A stretch of 27,207 bases of DNA from a virus (taxonomy: Duplodnaviria; Caudoviricetes), in the IMG/VR virus record IMGVR_UViG_3300030097_000283, positions 1-27,207 of that record, one strand, 5' to 3'. A program made the position numbers and the translations under genes. Under the pieces are notes generated by a model. That model was not told where the DNA came from. It made no database searches and worked only from the letters and a program-made list of their open reading frames with translations. This document shows positions 1 through 7,670 of the stretch, in pieces. Each line of letters begins with the position of its first letter. Position 1 is the first letter of the stretch.

Positions 1-48
1 GTCTTTCTCCTTTGTTTGGTTTCTTCAATTCATTCCATGGCTACGCCA

Positions 49-71
49 CCGCTCATTTAGTTTCGTTATGC
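49..71 (+). other. Right half (L'-spacer-R') of an attC-like site; left half would lie outside the window
   Basis: CCGCTCATTT-AGTTTC-GTTATGC; R'-like GTTATGC at 65-71 overlaps the stop codon of ORF 66..266; shares TCATTT with the site at 207-315. Confidence 0.55.
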
Positions 72-266
72 TTTTATGAATATTAAATGTGTGTTTTTGT
101 CTGGCGAGCAATCAGGAGCCTTTTCGCACATCCGATCATCATTATTGAACTCGCAGTTGTAACACCCGTTGAATTTGCGAACCTTTTGCGCCTTGTAACC
201 GTTTTCGCATAACCATGAAATTGAATCTACCTCGTTGCTCGCTGGCGCTTTCGTCTCTGTGCTCAT
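66..266 (-). CDS. Small Cys-rich hypothetical protein (cassette-like gene)
   Basis: 66-aa ORF with AAAGGA RBS; CxxC...C....C pattern; bounded by attC-like sites. Confidence 0.75.
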   Translation of the reverse strand: MSTETKAPASNEVDSISWLCENGYKAQKVRKFNGCYNCEFNNDDRMCEKAPDCSPDKNTHLIFIKA

Positions 267-315
267 AATTTATTCCTTTCCTGTTTTGCTCGGAGAATCA
301 TTTCGGGCATTATGC
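207..315 (+). other. attC-like imperfect inverted repeat (109 bp)
   Basis: GCATAAC-CAT-GAAAT(T)GAATCT(A)CC ... GGAGAATCATTTC-GGGC-ATTATGC: R''/R' pair, unpaired central spacer, two extrahelical bases on the left arm; R' reads ATT instead of GTT. Confidence 0.6.
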
Positions 316-513
316 GCCAAACATATCTTGCGCCCATTGGTCAACATCATCGTCTTCTAGTTGATAATATGATTCAAGAAGTTCCGTAATTCCCAAGATA
401 AAGTTTGGGTTTATGTACTCAAACTCCGCTTTGGCCTTCGATTTAAGCAACTCCATAATCCCAACATGAAGCGCATCATCATTATCATGTTTAATTTCTA
501 TTTCCATCGTCAT
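310..513 (-). CDS. Acidic hypothetical protein
   Basis: 67-aa ORF with GGAGG RBS 8 nt upstream. Confidence 0.75.
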   Translation of the reverse strand: MTMEIEIKHDNDDALHVGIMELLKSKAKAEFEYINPNFILGITELLESYYQLEDDDVDQWAQDMFGA

Positions 514-538
514 GTTGGTTGCCTCCCTCTTAAATGTT

Positions 539-558
539 AAAGGCTCCTTACGGGAGCC
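539..558 (-). terminator. Possible intrinsic terminator after the DUF3127 gene
   Basis: GGCTCC-CGTAA-GGAGCC followed by TTTAACATTT on the minus strand; short U tract. Confidence 0.5.
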
Positions 559-587
559 AGTCGTACTACCTAGCAGGAGAACTAGAC

Positions 588-971
588 CTAAAAAGGGATT
601 TCTGAGTCGATCTGAGGCGTTTCGTTGTTTACCTGACCCAAGGCATCGTTTACAGCTCCAATGAAGTCAGAGGGTGCATTCTGTGGCTCTGAAGGGGCGT
701 CCTGAGCTAGCACGTCGATCTTCCAACAAACTAGATTATTGAAGTGCCGGTCATTGTAAGCGCGGCCTCGGATGTCAAAACTAACATCAACCTCTGTTTC
801 AGGTGCTAGACCGTCCAGCATACCTACCTTGTCCTGCAACGTTTCAAAGATGATATCCTGTGGATATTTGCCATCCTCAACTGTAACGACAAACTCGCGC
901 TTCGTGAATCCACTGCTAAACGTCTGCGCCTCGTTAACCTGCTTAATCTTACCTTTAATTTCGTATACCAT
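588..971 (-). CDS. DUF3127-family OB-fold, probable single-stranded DNA-binding protein
   Basis: GF.KREFVV...KYPQ.I.F...V.VSFDIRGR.YN.R.FNNL.CWKI pattern; acidic tail ending EIPF like SSB; AGGAG RBS. Confidence 0.85.
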   Translation of the reverse strand: MVYEIKGKIKQVNEAQTFSSGFTKREFVVTVEDGKYPQDIIFETLQDKVGMLDGLAPETEVDVSFDIRGRAYNDRHFNNLVCWKIDVLAQDAPSEPQNAPSDFIGAVNDALGQVNNETPQIDSEIPF

Positions 972-986
972 ATCTACTTTACTCCT

Positions 987-1181
987 TTATTTTTTTAAAA
1001 ACATACCTATAGCAACAATAATGACAATAACAAAGATTGCAAGCATAAGCGCAATCCACATTGGTGCCAACACCCACAACCAAGGCCACGCTATAACCCC
1101 AACCAATTTCAACACAATGAAGACAACGGTCAATAAACCGAAAAAACCAATACCCCCTGAACTACTACTTGAACTACTCAT
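987..1181 (-). CDS. Small two-helix membrane protein, common phage family
   Basis: GIGFFGLLTVVFIVLKLVGVIAWPWLWVLAPMW motif; poly-Ser N-terminus. Confidence 0.8.
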   Translation of the reverse strand: MSSSSSSSGGIGFFGLLTVVFIVLKLVGVIAWPWLWVLAPMWIALMLAIFVIVIIVAIGMFLKK

Positions 1182-1184
1182 ATC

Positions 1185-1349
1185 CTAATCCTCCATTTGT
1201 TCGTTGATAATCTTAACCTTCTCGCGCCTTCGTCGACGCCTCATTCTCAATTTGATAGCTGAAGATACACCAGCTCGCTTTAAATAGCAATAATATTTCT
1301 TTGCAAATATTAAGTCAACCTCATCCCCCGTTTTAAGCTTCTGTTTCAT
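1185..1349 (-). CDS. Small basic hypothetical protein (start moved from 1415 to 1349)
   Basis: MKQKLKTGDEVDL...RMRRRRRRE; upstream part of the track ORF overlaps a better-supported ORF (1333..1479). Confidence 0.6.
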   Translation of the reverse strand: MKQKLKTGDEVDLIFAKKYYCYLKRAGVSSAIKLRMRRRRRREKVKIINEQMED

Positions 1350-1479
1350 CTCTAATAAACTCCCAGCATTCCTCATAGGTTCCTGTAAATATCTGCCGGT
1401 TATAAGCCTCACCATTATCTAGTCGGTCAGGCACAACCACCTCGCTCTTATTCTCAAATATCAATTCCTGAATTTTCAT
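1333..1479 (-). CDS. 48-aa hypothetical protein, not in ORF track
   Basis: MKIQELIFENKSEVVVPDRLDNGEAYNRQIFTGTYEECWEFIRDETEA; GGAGGG RBS. Confidence 0.65.
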   Translation of the reverse strand: MKIQELIFENKSEVVVPDRLDNGEAYNRQIFTGTYEECWEFIRDETEA

Positions 1480-1501
1480 CTCAATCCCTCCACTAGAAAT
1501 A

Positions 1502-1532
1502 AATATATACGCCTTTGCGTGTAGCTGTTCAA
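1502..1532 (-). promoter_or_regulatory. Possible sigma70-type promoter
   Basis: TTGAAC-17 nt-TATATA(TT) in an intergenic gap upstream of the 1479 start. Confidence 0.35.
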
Positions 1533-1578
1533 CCTAAAAAGCCGTAGAAGTTTGTGTATAAGTTTTCGCTTGTTCATA

Positions 1579-3294
1579 TTATTCCCACCCATCTTCTGAT
1601 CGTCTATGGACGCCTCGATATCTCATTCGCATATCCATTAAATCCATTTCCACCCAATTCTCCGGTTCTTGTCCGTGTGAATATTTATCACAATTAACCA
1701 GTAGAGTATTATGATCGTTCTCACCGAAGCAACAACATATTGCCTGTTGGCAATTCTGCTCAATGGCTGACGTGTAAATGGCGTCTTCCTTGCTAGGCAT
1801 GTTGTATTTCATCTCCTTTTCAGCAATGCGCCTTGATTGAGTTGTGATAATCCCCATACGCTCTTCCTCGACTAAATACCGCTTAAAGTCGCTACAGTTG
1901 GATATGATGCTATCAGTCATTGACCCCATTCGATTCATCTTTGATATATAATCAATGGCCACAACATCAACCCTGCGCTCCTGGAAGTCCTCTATTCGGT
2001 CAACCTCTGCCTTTAGCTTCTCGATGTTCAATGAAGCAATCTTAGGAAGGAACACATTCTCAATCCGTGGGACAGTCACCTTTGGCACACCGTTGCGGAT
2101 GGCGTTCTCTGCGTGTGTAAAGCTCATTTTGTTATGATAGGCGATACCACGCATGCCAAGCTGATACTCTGACAGCTCAAGATCGAATATGGCAAAGTTT
2201 AGATTCTCATAGAAGAATGGTATGTTTGCAAGCACTCGACTTTTACCAACGCCAGTAGGAGCTATAATCATCATTAAATCGGCAGGACTAACTCGCACAT
2301 CCATTTCACGCCCAAACATTCGAGACAGATTTAGCCCGTCATCGTCGGTCATGTTCTCCGCTTTAATATAGGCACTCTGACAAACGTCTGTCATTACATT
2401 TAAGCTCGCACGGTCTACACCCCTCTCAAGTGATGGTGCTTTGATTATGCTGTCCGTAAGCCAGTTTGTTGACCTATCGACACCACCCTCCGCAAGCATA
2501 TCCGCGAAATCATGCCCGCTATACTGTGGGTACTTCCTCACAAACTCATCCGGAACCGTGACAGTTCTTAATCGCTTGACCTTACCCCTTAAGCCATCGC
2601 TGACGAGTTTGAGCCACTTTTGCCCCCCCTCATCTGCGTCTGGCATTAACACGACATCTTTGTCTGCAAGGTTTTCTGCGTACTGATCCAACCAACCACT
2701 ACTGCCGTTGGTGAATGTGGTTCCAATAAAGCCACACTCGATCAAAGCATCTGCAGTCTTTTCACCCTCACAGAAGCAGATGAAATCTAACCCGCTCTTT
2801 GTAATGGCAGGAAGATTATACATCACGCGAACATCACTAGGCAAAGAATGACTCCCATTTGGCAACTCAGGAATACACTCCTTACGCACTTTATCACCAT
2901 TACTCTTGTCAATCCGCTTAATCGTGTAAGCTAAACCACCGTCTGCCTTGTAATACTTATGTTCAATAGGCTCTCCCACCTGAGTATAAGGCTTTTCAAC
3001 CTTTTTAACTGGTACATCATCATTGAGATTATACCAATCCTTCAGCATGATAAACGCCTCTTGTACGCCAACGCCCTCCTTAAGAGCTACAAAGTCAATG
3101 ACACTCGAGCCTTTGCCGCAGCCTCTTGTGTGGCACGTCCACTTGCGCCCCTGGTCATGCACAGCGAATGAAGCCTTATTATCTCCTCCGTGAATAGGGC
3201 AGGCCATTCTTGAGCCCTTGGTTAGTTGATGCCCATAACGCTCAATTACTTTTGACAATGGAACTCTTTGTTTTACGTCTTCGTATGAAATCAT
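1579..3294 (-). CDS. Fused DNA primase-helicase (CHC2 zinc finger + TOPRIM + SF4/DnaB-like helicase)
   Basis: CPIHGGDN...W.CH..GC zinc finger; CEGEK.AD and PDADEGG TOPRIM motifs; Walker A APTGVGKS, DLE, IDY, SQ-like and IEQ motifs. Confidence 0.92.
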   Translation of the reverse strand: MISYEDVKQRVPLSKVIERYGHQLTKGSRMACPIHGGDNKASFAVHDQGRKWTCHTRGCGKGSSVIDFVALKEGVGVQEAFIMLKDWYNLNDDVPVKKVEKPYTQVGEPIEHKYYKADGGLAYTIKRIDKSNGDKVRKECIPELPNGSHSLPSDVRVMYNLPAITKSGLDFICFCEGEKTADALIECGFIGTTFTNGSSGWLDQYAENLADKDVVLMPDADEGGQKWLKLVSDGLRGKVKRLRTVTVPDEFVRKYPQYSGHDFADMLAEGGVDRSTNWLTDSIIKAPSLERGVDRASLNVMTDVCQSAYIKAENMTDDDGLNLSRMFGREMDVRVSPADLMMIIAPTGVGKSRVLANIPFFYENLNFAIFDLELSEYQLGMRGIAYHNKMSFTHAENAIRNGVPKVTVPRIENVFLPKIASLNIEKLKAEVDRIEDFQERRVDVVAIDYISKMNRMGSMTDSIISNCSDFKRYLVEEERMGIITTQSRRIAEKEMKYNMPSKEDAIYTSAIEQNCQQAICCCFGENDHNTLLVNCDKYSHGQEPENWVEMDLMDMRMRYRGVHRRSEDGWE

Positions 3295-3983
3295 TTTCGC
3301 TTCCCTTCGTTTGTTTTTGCGATCTCACCGTTAGTTATTGCGTAACCAATCCAAGTCCTCAAGTCTAATTTCCAGTTTTTTACCTTCTTGCCGTTAGCTT
3401 TAATCCATTCAGCCTCTGTTCTAGATATTAGATAACGCTCAGAATAAGCTAACCCTCTTGTGGGAGTAACCCTTAAACCTTTCGATTTTAAAATTAATTT
3501 CAACTGATCTTGTATTTCCTCCTCACTTGGTGGAATGAATGGCTTTTCGTCTTCTATCTTCTTTTCTTTCTTATCTGTCTTAACTGTCTTAACCTTCTTC
3601 TTAGTGGTTGCTTGTTGGTTGCTCGTTGGTTGTTCGTTGGTTGTTTGTTGGTTAGTCGTTGGTTGTTTACCCCCTTTGAATACGTCATAAACACTTGAAT
3701 CACAAAGGGTTGCGGTGGTTCCCTTGGTGGTTGATTTGGTGGTTACATACTGGTTAGCCTTGAGCCAGTTGAGTGCGGTTCTGTGTTGCTGTCTAGTTAA
3801 ACCACAAGATCTATAGTCTCCAATGTACGCCTGACCCTGGGTTAATCCTGTAATTTTACAAGAGTCTTCACTCCATCTAGCACGAATGGCGATGAGCGTT
3901 AACAACATAAAAGCGTTTGGCCTTCTAACTATCATATTTTCAAGGTCTGCGCACCGATTTAACTTTATATAGCCGCTACTCAT
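3291..3983 (-). CDS. Phage replication initiator protein (lambda O-like HTH)
   Basis: N-terminal SGYIKLNR, HTH region, low-complexity T/N/Q linker, C-terminal W....G..VKNWK...RTW motif; ATGA overlaps on both sides; directly upstream of the helicase. Confidence 0.78.
   Translation of the reverse strand: MSSGYIKLNRCADLENMIVRRPNAFMLLTLIAIRARWSEDSCKITGLTQGQAYIGDYRSCGLTRQQHRTALNWLKANQYVTTKSTTKGTTATLCDSSVYDVFKGGKQPTTNQQTTNEQPTSNQQATTKKKVKTVKTDKKEKKIEDEKPFIPPSEEEIQDQLKLILKSKGLRVTPTRGLAYSERYLISRTEAEWIKANGKKVKNWKLDLRTWIGYAITNGEIAKTNEGKRK
3604..3667. repeat. 12-bp-period GTTGGTT repeats inside the initiator gene (candidate origin iterons)
   Basis: gttggttgctc / gttggttgttc / gttggttgttt / gttggttagtc / gttggttgttt. 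Confidence 0.6.
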
Positions 3984-4372
3984 CGGTAACACCCCCCTGA
4001 TACGCCCCAAGAGTCACTCCATCCTTGATGATTTATATTTATAGTAGGCTTCTCTTTAGTTTTACCCGTTATATTTTTCTTTGGGTTCAGCGTACATATT
4101 AAATAAATTTCAAGTATATGTGCGTCAGATATATTAGCGGGTATGTACTTCATGGAGATTGAAGATGTGGAGGTTTCGTAGCGTTGTTTATAGCTAGTTT
4201 TTATCCTAGATCCTAAGTTGCCACTAACACCTATATACTCAAGTTTTGAGCCTCGCCAGAATGAGTAAACACCAGATACGCCCTTTAATCTCTCAACTTC
4301 TAAGGAAAAGCAGTATTTAAAATTATATTTATCTACTTTATCGATTGAATCTGTCTGGGTCTTGTGTGTCAT
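3980..4372 (-). CDS. GIY-YIG family nuclease
   Basis: SGVY.F.......YIGVSGNL..RI, later conserved E (ILEIYLI) and P..N. Confidence 0.82.
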   Translation of the reverse strand: MTHKTQTDSIDKVDKYNFKYCFSLEVERLKGVSGVYSFWRGSKLEYIGVSGNLGSRIKTSYKQRYETSTSSISMKYIPANISDAHILEIYLICTLNPKKNITGKTKEKPTININHQGWSDSWGVSGGCYR

Positions 4373-4529
4373 TTTGTGTTCCTTCTGTTACGTATGTGTT
4401 TATGTCTTCCTCAAGAAAACGAAAAGATCGTTTAATTGAAGCGATTTGAACAGGTGCAATAGTGTCGCCTAATTGAGATAGAGCTTTTGCAATATGCCTA
4501 TTAAATAACCTTTTAATACCTGCGTCCAT
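4338..4529 (-). CDS. Hypothetical protein (likely start MDAGIK at 4529; 4565 possible)
   Basis: AGAAGGA RBS before 4529; predicted promoter covers the 4565 ATG. Confidence 0.65.
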   Translation of the reverse strand: MDAGIKRLFNRHIAKALSQLGDTIAPVQIASIKRSFRFLEEDINTYVTEGTQNDTQDPDRFNR

Positions 4530-4555
4530 TTGTGTTCCTTCTGTAATGTTCAAGC

Positions 4556-4591
4556 ATTGTTTCATGTATCCCCTTTCTAGTCTAGTATGAT
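4556..4591 (-). promoter_or_regulatory. Promoter with ATCATACTAGAC motif, copy 1 (replication genes)
   Basis: ATCATAC-TAGACT-17 nt-AACAAT, directly after a terminator. Confidence 0.65.
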
Positions 4592-4622
4592 AAAAAGCAT
4601 CCTCCCCTTTCGAGGAGGTGCT
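4592..4622 (-). terminator. Intrinsic terminator after the exonuclease gene
   Basis: AGCACCTCCTC-GAAA-GGGGAGGATGCT-TTTT. Confidence 0.8.
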
Positions 4623-4631
4623 GTCAATGGT

Positions 4632-5588
4632 TTAGTTTGTAATGTTTAGATGTAACAGCTTACGGTCATCCTTATCAATCAGATTAACGCGCCCACGTGT
4701 CTCAGCTCCACAATCACCGCACCGATACTTCTGGAACTTGCTAACCTGAGTGTAAGCAAACCCCTTCTTGCGGATGTTAGTAGACCCACACCGGCACACA
4801 TGACCAAGTTTGGGATCTGTGTATAGATTGAAGTTAACATGTTTATCATCCCAAGGAGCAATGATCGTATAAAGCTCCTCAAGCGACAGGACATCATCAC
4901 GGTTATACTCCTCCATCTCCTTCCAGGCTTCAATGTTATCGGCCAGACATTCTTTCCAAAGCTCAAAGCCTGAAAAGTTGGCATGCTTAGTCTTCTTGTA
5001 TTTCTTGCACAATTTATCGGTCATGTATTCGAGCTTGTTTGACGTAAAGGCAAAGGCTCGTTTTGCAATCCGAAGCGTGTCGATGTGCTTGTATCCTGAT
5101 GGCGGTTGATAGCCATTGATCACGAAACGAGCATTTAGCTTCTTTGAATCGAAGTTAATACCGTTCTGTGTGATAACAACATCAGCCTGATCGAGAAGCT
5201 CCCAGATGCCCTGCAGAAGCCCCTCATCACGAAAGCCCTTGCTAGTGTCATCTATCACCCCCCGGAGATCTTCATACATAACCTCGTCCTCTCCTAGCCA
5301 CTTAGCAGCATAAGATAAGATGAACCAATCCTCTTTGATCATGTTAAGACTTACGTTCTGTTTCCATAGAGACCAGACGCGGGCAAGGATGGGAGATGTT
5401 TCGATATCAAACACAAGCACTTTAGGCAGATGAGCGTTTTTATCGATAATCACATCAACCTCCCCATACTTACGATTGATTCTTTTAACTGTTTCGAGAC
5501 TCTTGCCTAGCATTCGAGCGGCACTATTAACCCCATATTTCTCAGTCAATTCCCTCACGTCTTTTATTGTTTTCTTACTGTACGCCAT
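4632..5588 (-). CDS. RNase H-fold DEDD 3'-5' exonuclease with N-terminal HTH-like segment and C-terminal Zn ribbon
   Basis: FDIETS, NG..FD, HIDTL, YNRDDV motifs; CRCGS...YRCGDCG. Confidence 0.85.
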   Translation of the reverse strand: MAYSKKTIKDVRELTEKYGVNSAARMLGKSLETVKRINRKYGEVDVIIDKNAHLPKVLVFDIETSPILARVWSLWKQNVSLNMIKEDWFILSYAAKWLGEDEVMYEDLRGVIDDTSKGFRDEGLLQGIWELLDQADVVITQNGINFDSKKLNARFVINGYQPPSGYKHIDTLRIAKRAFAFTSNKLEYMTDKLCKKYKKTKHANFSGFELWKECLADNIEAWKEMEEYNRDDVLSLEELYTIIAPWDDKHVNFNLYTDPKLGHVCRCGSTNIRKKGFAYTQVSKFQKYRCGDCGAETRGRVNLIDKDDRKLLHLNITN

Positions 5589-5590
5589 AA

Positions 5591-6022
5591 TTATTCTCCT
5601 TCTTTCTTGTTATTGTATTCTGCAATAGTCTCTGCAGCGGTTTCTTTGTACACCATAACGACTCCTTTTCCTAGCTTATTAACGCTATATTCAGCCCGTG
5701 GTATAGATTGAAATATCTTTGCATAAGCAAATTCCCCCCACGAACCTGCATCGTCACCAGGCATCAATCGGAAACTGCCCATATACTCAACGACAAACCG
5801 AGCCTTCTTTGCTCGCCTGATTCGCCCATAGTTTCGGTGATACTCTCTCCGGCTCTCTTTGTTGTCAGAAAACCACTTGTCATGTTTTGCTTTTCGCTCT
5901 TCTGGCGTCTTGGTTACTGGTCGGCCTAGTTTTGGCTTTGATTCACGCTCACCCCAACAGGTACAGCACAGGCCATCAGACTCAGCGAATATAAGTTTTT
6001 GACACGCCTTGCATTGTTTCAT
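5591..6022 (-). CDS. Hypothetical protein, N-terminal CxxC...CxxC and basic region
   Basis: 143-aa ORF abutting both neighbours; GGAG RBS. Confidence 0.7.
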   Translation of the reverse strand: MKQCKACQKLIFAESDGLCCTCWGERESKPKLGRPVTKTPEERKAKHDKWFSDNKESRREYHRNYGRIRRAKKARFVVEYMGSFRLMPGDDAGSWGEFAYAKIFQSIPRAEYSVNKLGKGVVMVYKETAAETIAEYNNKKEGE

Positions 6023-6307
6023 TTACTCCGCCTCCAACGGTTCGACACCGTATAGAGCAAGACTCCACTCACGCACAATCTTTTCAGCCTCTGCGTAGGT
6101 GGCATGGTTTGCCGTTTCATGGAAGTGGGCATTTGCATATCCAATCTTCATGGTTAATGTGCCATAGTATTCGTCGCCCATTGTGCATACTTTGTACTCT
6201 GGGTATTCGGTGGCACATGATCCGCAGATATTCATATCCGCGCTGACTCTGCTTGTGTCTGGGTCGCGAATTTCATCGCAGTCTTTTACATCACATTCGT
6301 TGCTCAT
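6023..6307 (-). CDS. Cys-rich hypothetical protein (start MSNECD at 6307)
   Basis: GAGGAG RBS; ATG 1 nt after the upstream stop; the longer track ORF overlaps the pentapeptide gene. Confidence 0.7.
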   Translation of the reverse strand: MSNECDVKDCDEIRDPDTSRVSADMNICGSCATEYPEYKVCTMGDEYYGTLTMKIGYANAHFHETANHATYAEAEKIVREWSLALYGVEPLEAE

Positions 6308-6308
6308 A

Positions 6309-6986
6309 TTAATACTCCTCCGCTTCTCGTTTTGTAATAAAGAAATGAACGCCCTTCGTACACTCGACTCGTATATCATCGTCGTACCCGTCCGGCCTGT
6401 AAACTTCCCCCTTGATGTACTTTCCACCCCTTGAACTAACCCCGCCTTCACTGAGAACTTTTACGTATTCAGCCCTGCATTTTCTGCCAATGAGAGACGA
6501 AGTACGCTTTGCTTTTGCTGGTATCTGTAGCTTGACAATAACCCCGCCTTTTAATTTCTTCCATCCAATAAACGCCCCCTGATCCGGCACGATTTGGAAG
6601 TGTGGGAGGATTGCTCCGTCGAGATTTGCTCCGTCGAGATTTGCTCCTTCGAGATTTGCTCCTTCGAGATTTGCTCCCGTGAGATTTGCTCTTCTGAGAT
6701 TTGCTCCCGTGAGATTTGCTCTTCTGAGATTTGCTTCTTCGAGATTTGCTCCCGTGAGATTTGCTCCCGTGAGATTTGCTCTTCTGAGATTTGCTTCTTT
6801 GAGATTTGCTCCTTTGAGATTTGCTCCGTCGAGATTTGCTTCAAAGAGATTTGCTCCGTAAAGATATGCTCCGTCGAGATCTGCTCCCATGAGATTTGCT
6901 CTTTCTCCTCCTTTTTCGCCCCTCAACCATAGACGGTGTTTGTCGATCGCTTCGTTTATTTTTCTTTGGTTCATTGGCTGGTTCAT
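6309..6986 (-). CDS. Pentapeptide-repeat protein with DUF5758-like C-terminal domain
   Basis: About 19-20 A(N/D)LxG-type repeats; C-terminal FIGWKK...IP..AKR.S..GRKCRAE...EC..G.HFFIT..EA..Y. Confidence 0.9.
   Translation of the reverse strand: MNQPMNQRKINEAIDKHRLWLRGEKGGERANLMGADLDGAYLYGANLFEANLDGANLKGANLKEANLRRANLTGANLTGANLEEANLRRANLTGANLRRANLTGANLEGANLEGANLDGANLDGAILPHFQIVPDQGAFIGWKKLKGGVIVKLQIPAKAKRTSSLIGRKCRAEYVKVLSEGGVSSRGGKYIKGEVYRPDGYDDDIRVECTKGVHFFITKREAEEY
6611..6900. repeat. 15-bp tandem repeat (GAGATTTGCTCC...) encoding the pentapeptides
   Basis: Near-perfect 15-nt periodicity visible directly. Confidence 0.95.
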
Positions 6987-7375
6987 CGTTTGCACTCCTT
7001 TTCTGCATCATCCAGCACGTTTCTAATTAATCTTAATGTGTCCTTGAATCTAGTGCCCTCTTCATCTGACCCTATCTCCTTGAGGGACAGCTTTAGGGTT
7101 TTCAGTAGATCAAAGTTCGCCCCGCAATCGGCATACTCTAAGGGGAATACGGTAATGGTGAGGCCCGTGGACTTCCTTTCCCCCGCCAGATGCCCTTCTA
7201 TTTCGTCACGTATCATGATATGCGTCTCTTCTACAACATTCTCAATCGCATCCCACGATACGTCATTCACAAGTCGTCGTAAGTTATTGTTAAAGGTGCT
7301 TAGTTCGTCGCCTGGCGACCATCCCATGTCCCTATCCCTCTCATTAAACCATCCATTTGTGCCTATCTTTTTCAT
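6983..7375 (-). CDS. Hypothetical protein
   Basis: 130 aa; AAGGAG RBS; ATGA overlaps. Confidence 0.75.
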   Translation of the reverse strand: MKKIGTNGWFNERDRDMGWSPGDELSTFNNNLRRLVNDVSWDAIENVVEETHIMIRDEIEGHLAGERKSTGLTITVFPLEYADCGANFDLLKTLKLSLKEIGSDEEGTRFKDTLRLIRNVLDDAEKECKR

Positions 7376-7515
7376 TGATTGCGCTCCTTTTCAAATGTGC
7401 TTATCACCTCTTGATACTCGCTCGCTGAGATGACGCCCGCCTCTTTATAAAGCTCTTTGATTTTTTTGTCATGGTTGCGAATTGCTTGCGCTAAGTTTTC
7501 TAATTGCTTCTTCAT
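7372..7515 (-). CDS. 47-aa hypothetical protein, first gene of the leftward operon
   Basis: AAGGAG RBS before MKKQLENL; the longer track ORF runs through the promoter. Confidence 0.7.
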   Translation of the reverse strand: MKKQLENLAQAIRNHDKKIKELYKEAGVISASEYQEVISTFEKERNQ

Positions 7516-7550
7516 TTCGTCGTTCTCCTTTTGCTGTTTGAATTGAGTGG

Positions 7551-7579
7551 ATATTAGCAGGTTGAGAGAGAGAGTCAAC
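7551..7579 (-). promoter_or_regulatory. Leftward sigma70-type promoter
   Basis: TTGACT-16 nt-TAATAT with extended TGn; AT-rich upstream; GTTGA-N9-TCAAC inverted repeat over the -35. Confidence 0.7.
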
Positions 7580-7613
7580 AGGAATAAGTGAAATAATTTA
7601 TAAAAGATTTTGG

Positions 7614-7642
7614 TAGACATTCCTTAAAGGATTCTTTAATGT
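7614..7642 (+). promoter_or_regulatory. Rightward promoter with a palindrome in the spacer
   Basis: TAGACA-17 nt-TAATGT; TCCTT-A-AAGGA at 7621-7631. Confidence 0.55.
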
Positions 7643-7670
7643 TTTTAGTAACGAAACCAAAGGAGAATAA

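Noticed and set aside
471-542. A third attC-like site (GCGCATCAT ... GTTAAAG)
   Set aside because: Only a one-mismatch R''-like match; no convincing L-box pairing. At best a degenerate relic.
6611-6900. CRISPR array or DGR-type repeat
   Set aside because: Repeats are contiguous, coding and have no unique spacers; no cas or reverse transcriptase gene in the window.
6551-6932. Alternative-frame and antisense repeat ORFs (EQISR, EICS, RFAP repeats)
   Set aside because: Shadows of the 15-bp pentapeptide repeat; no RBS and they overlap a well-supported gene.
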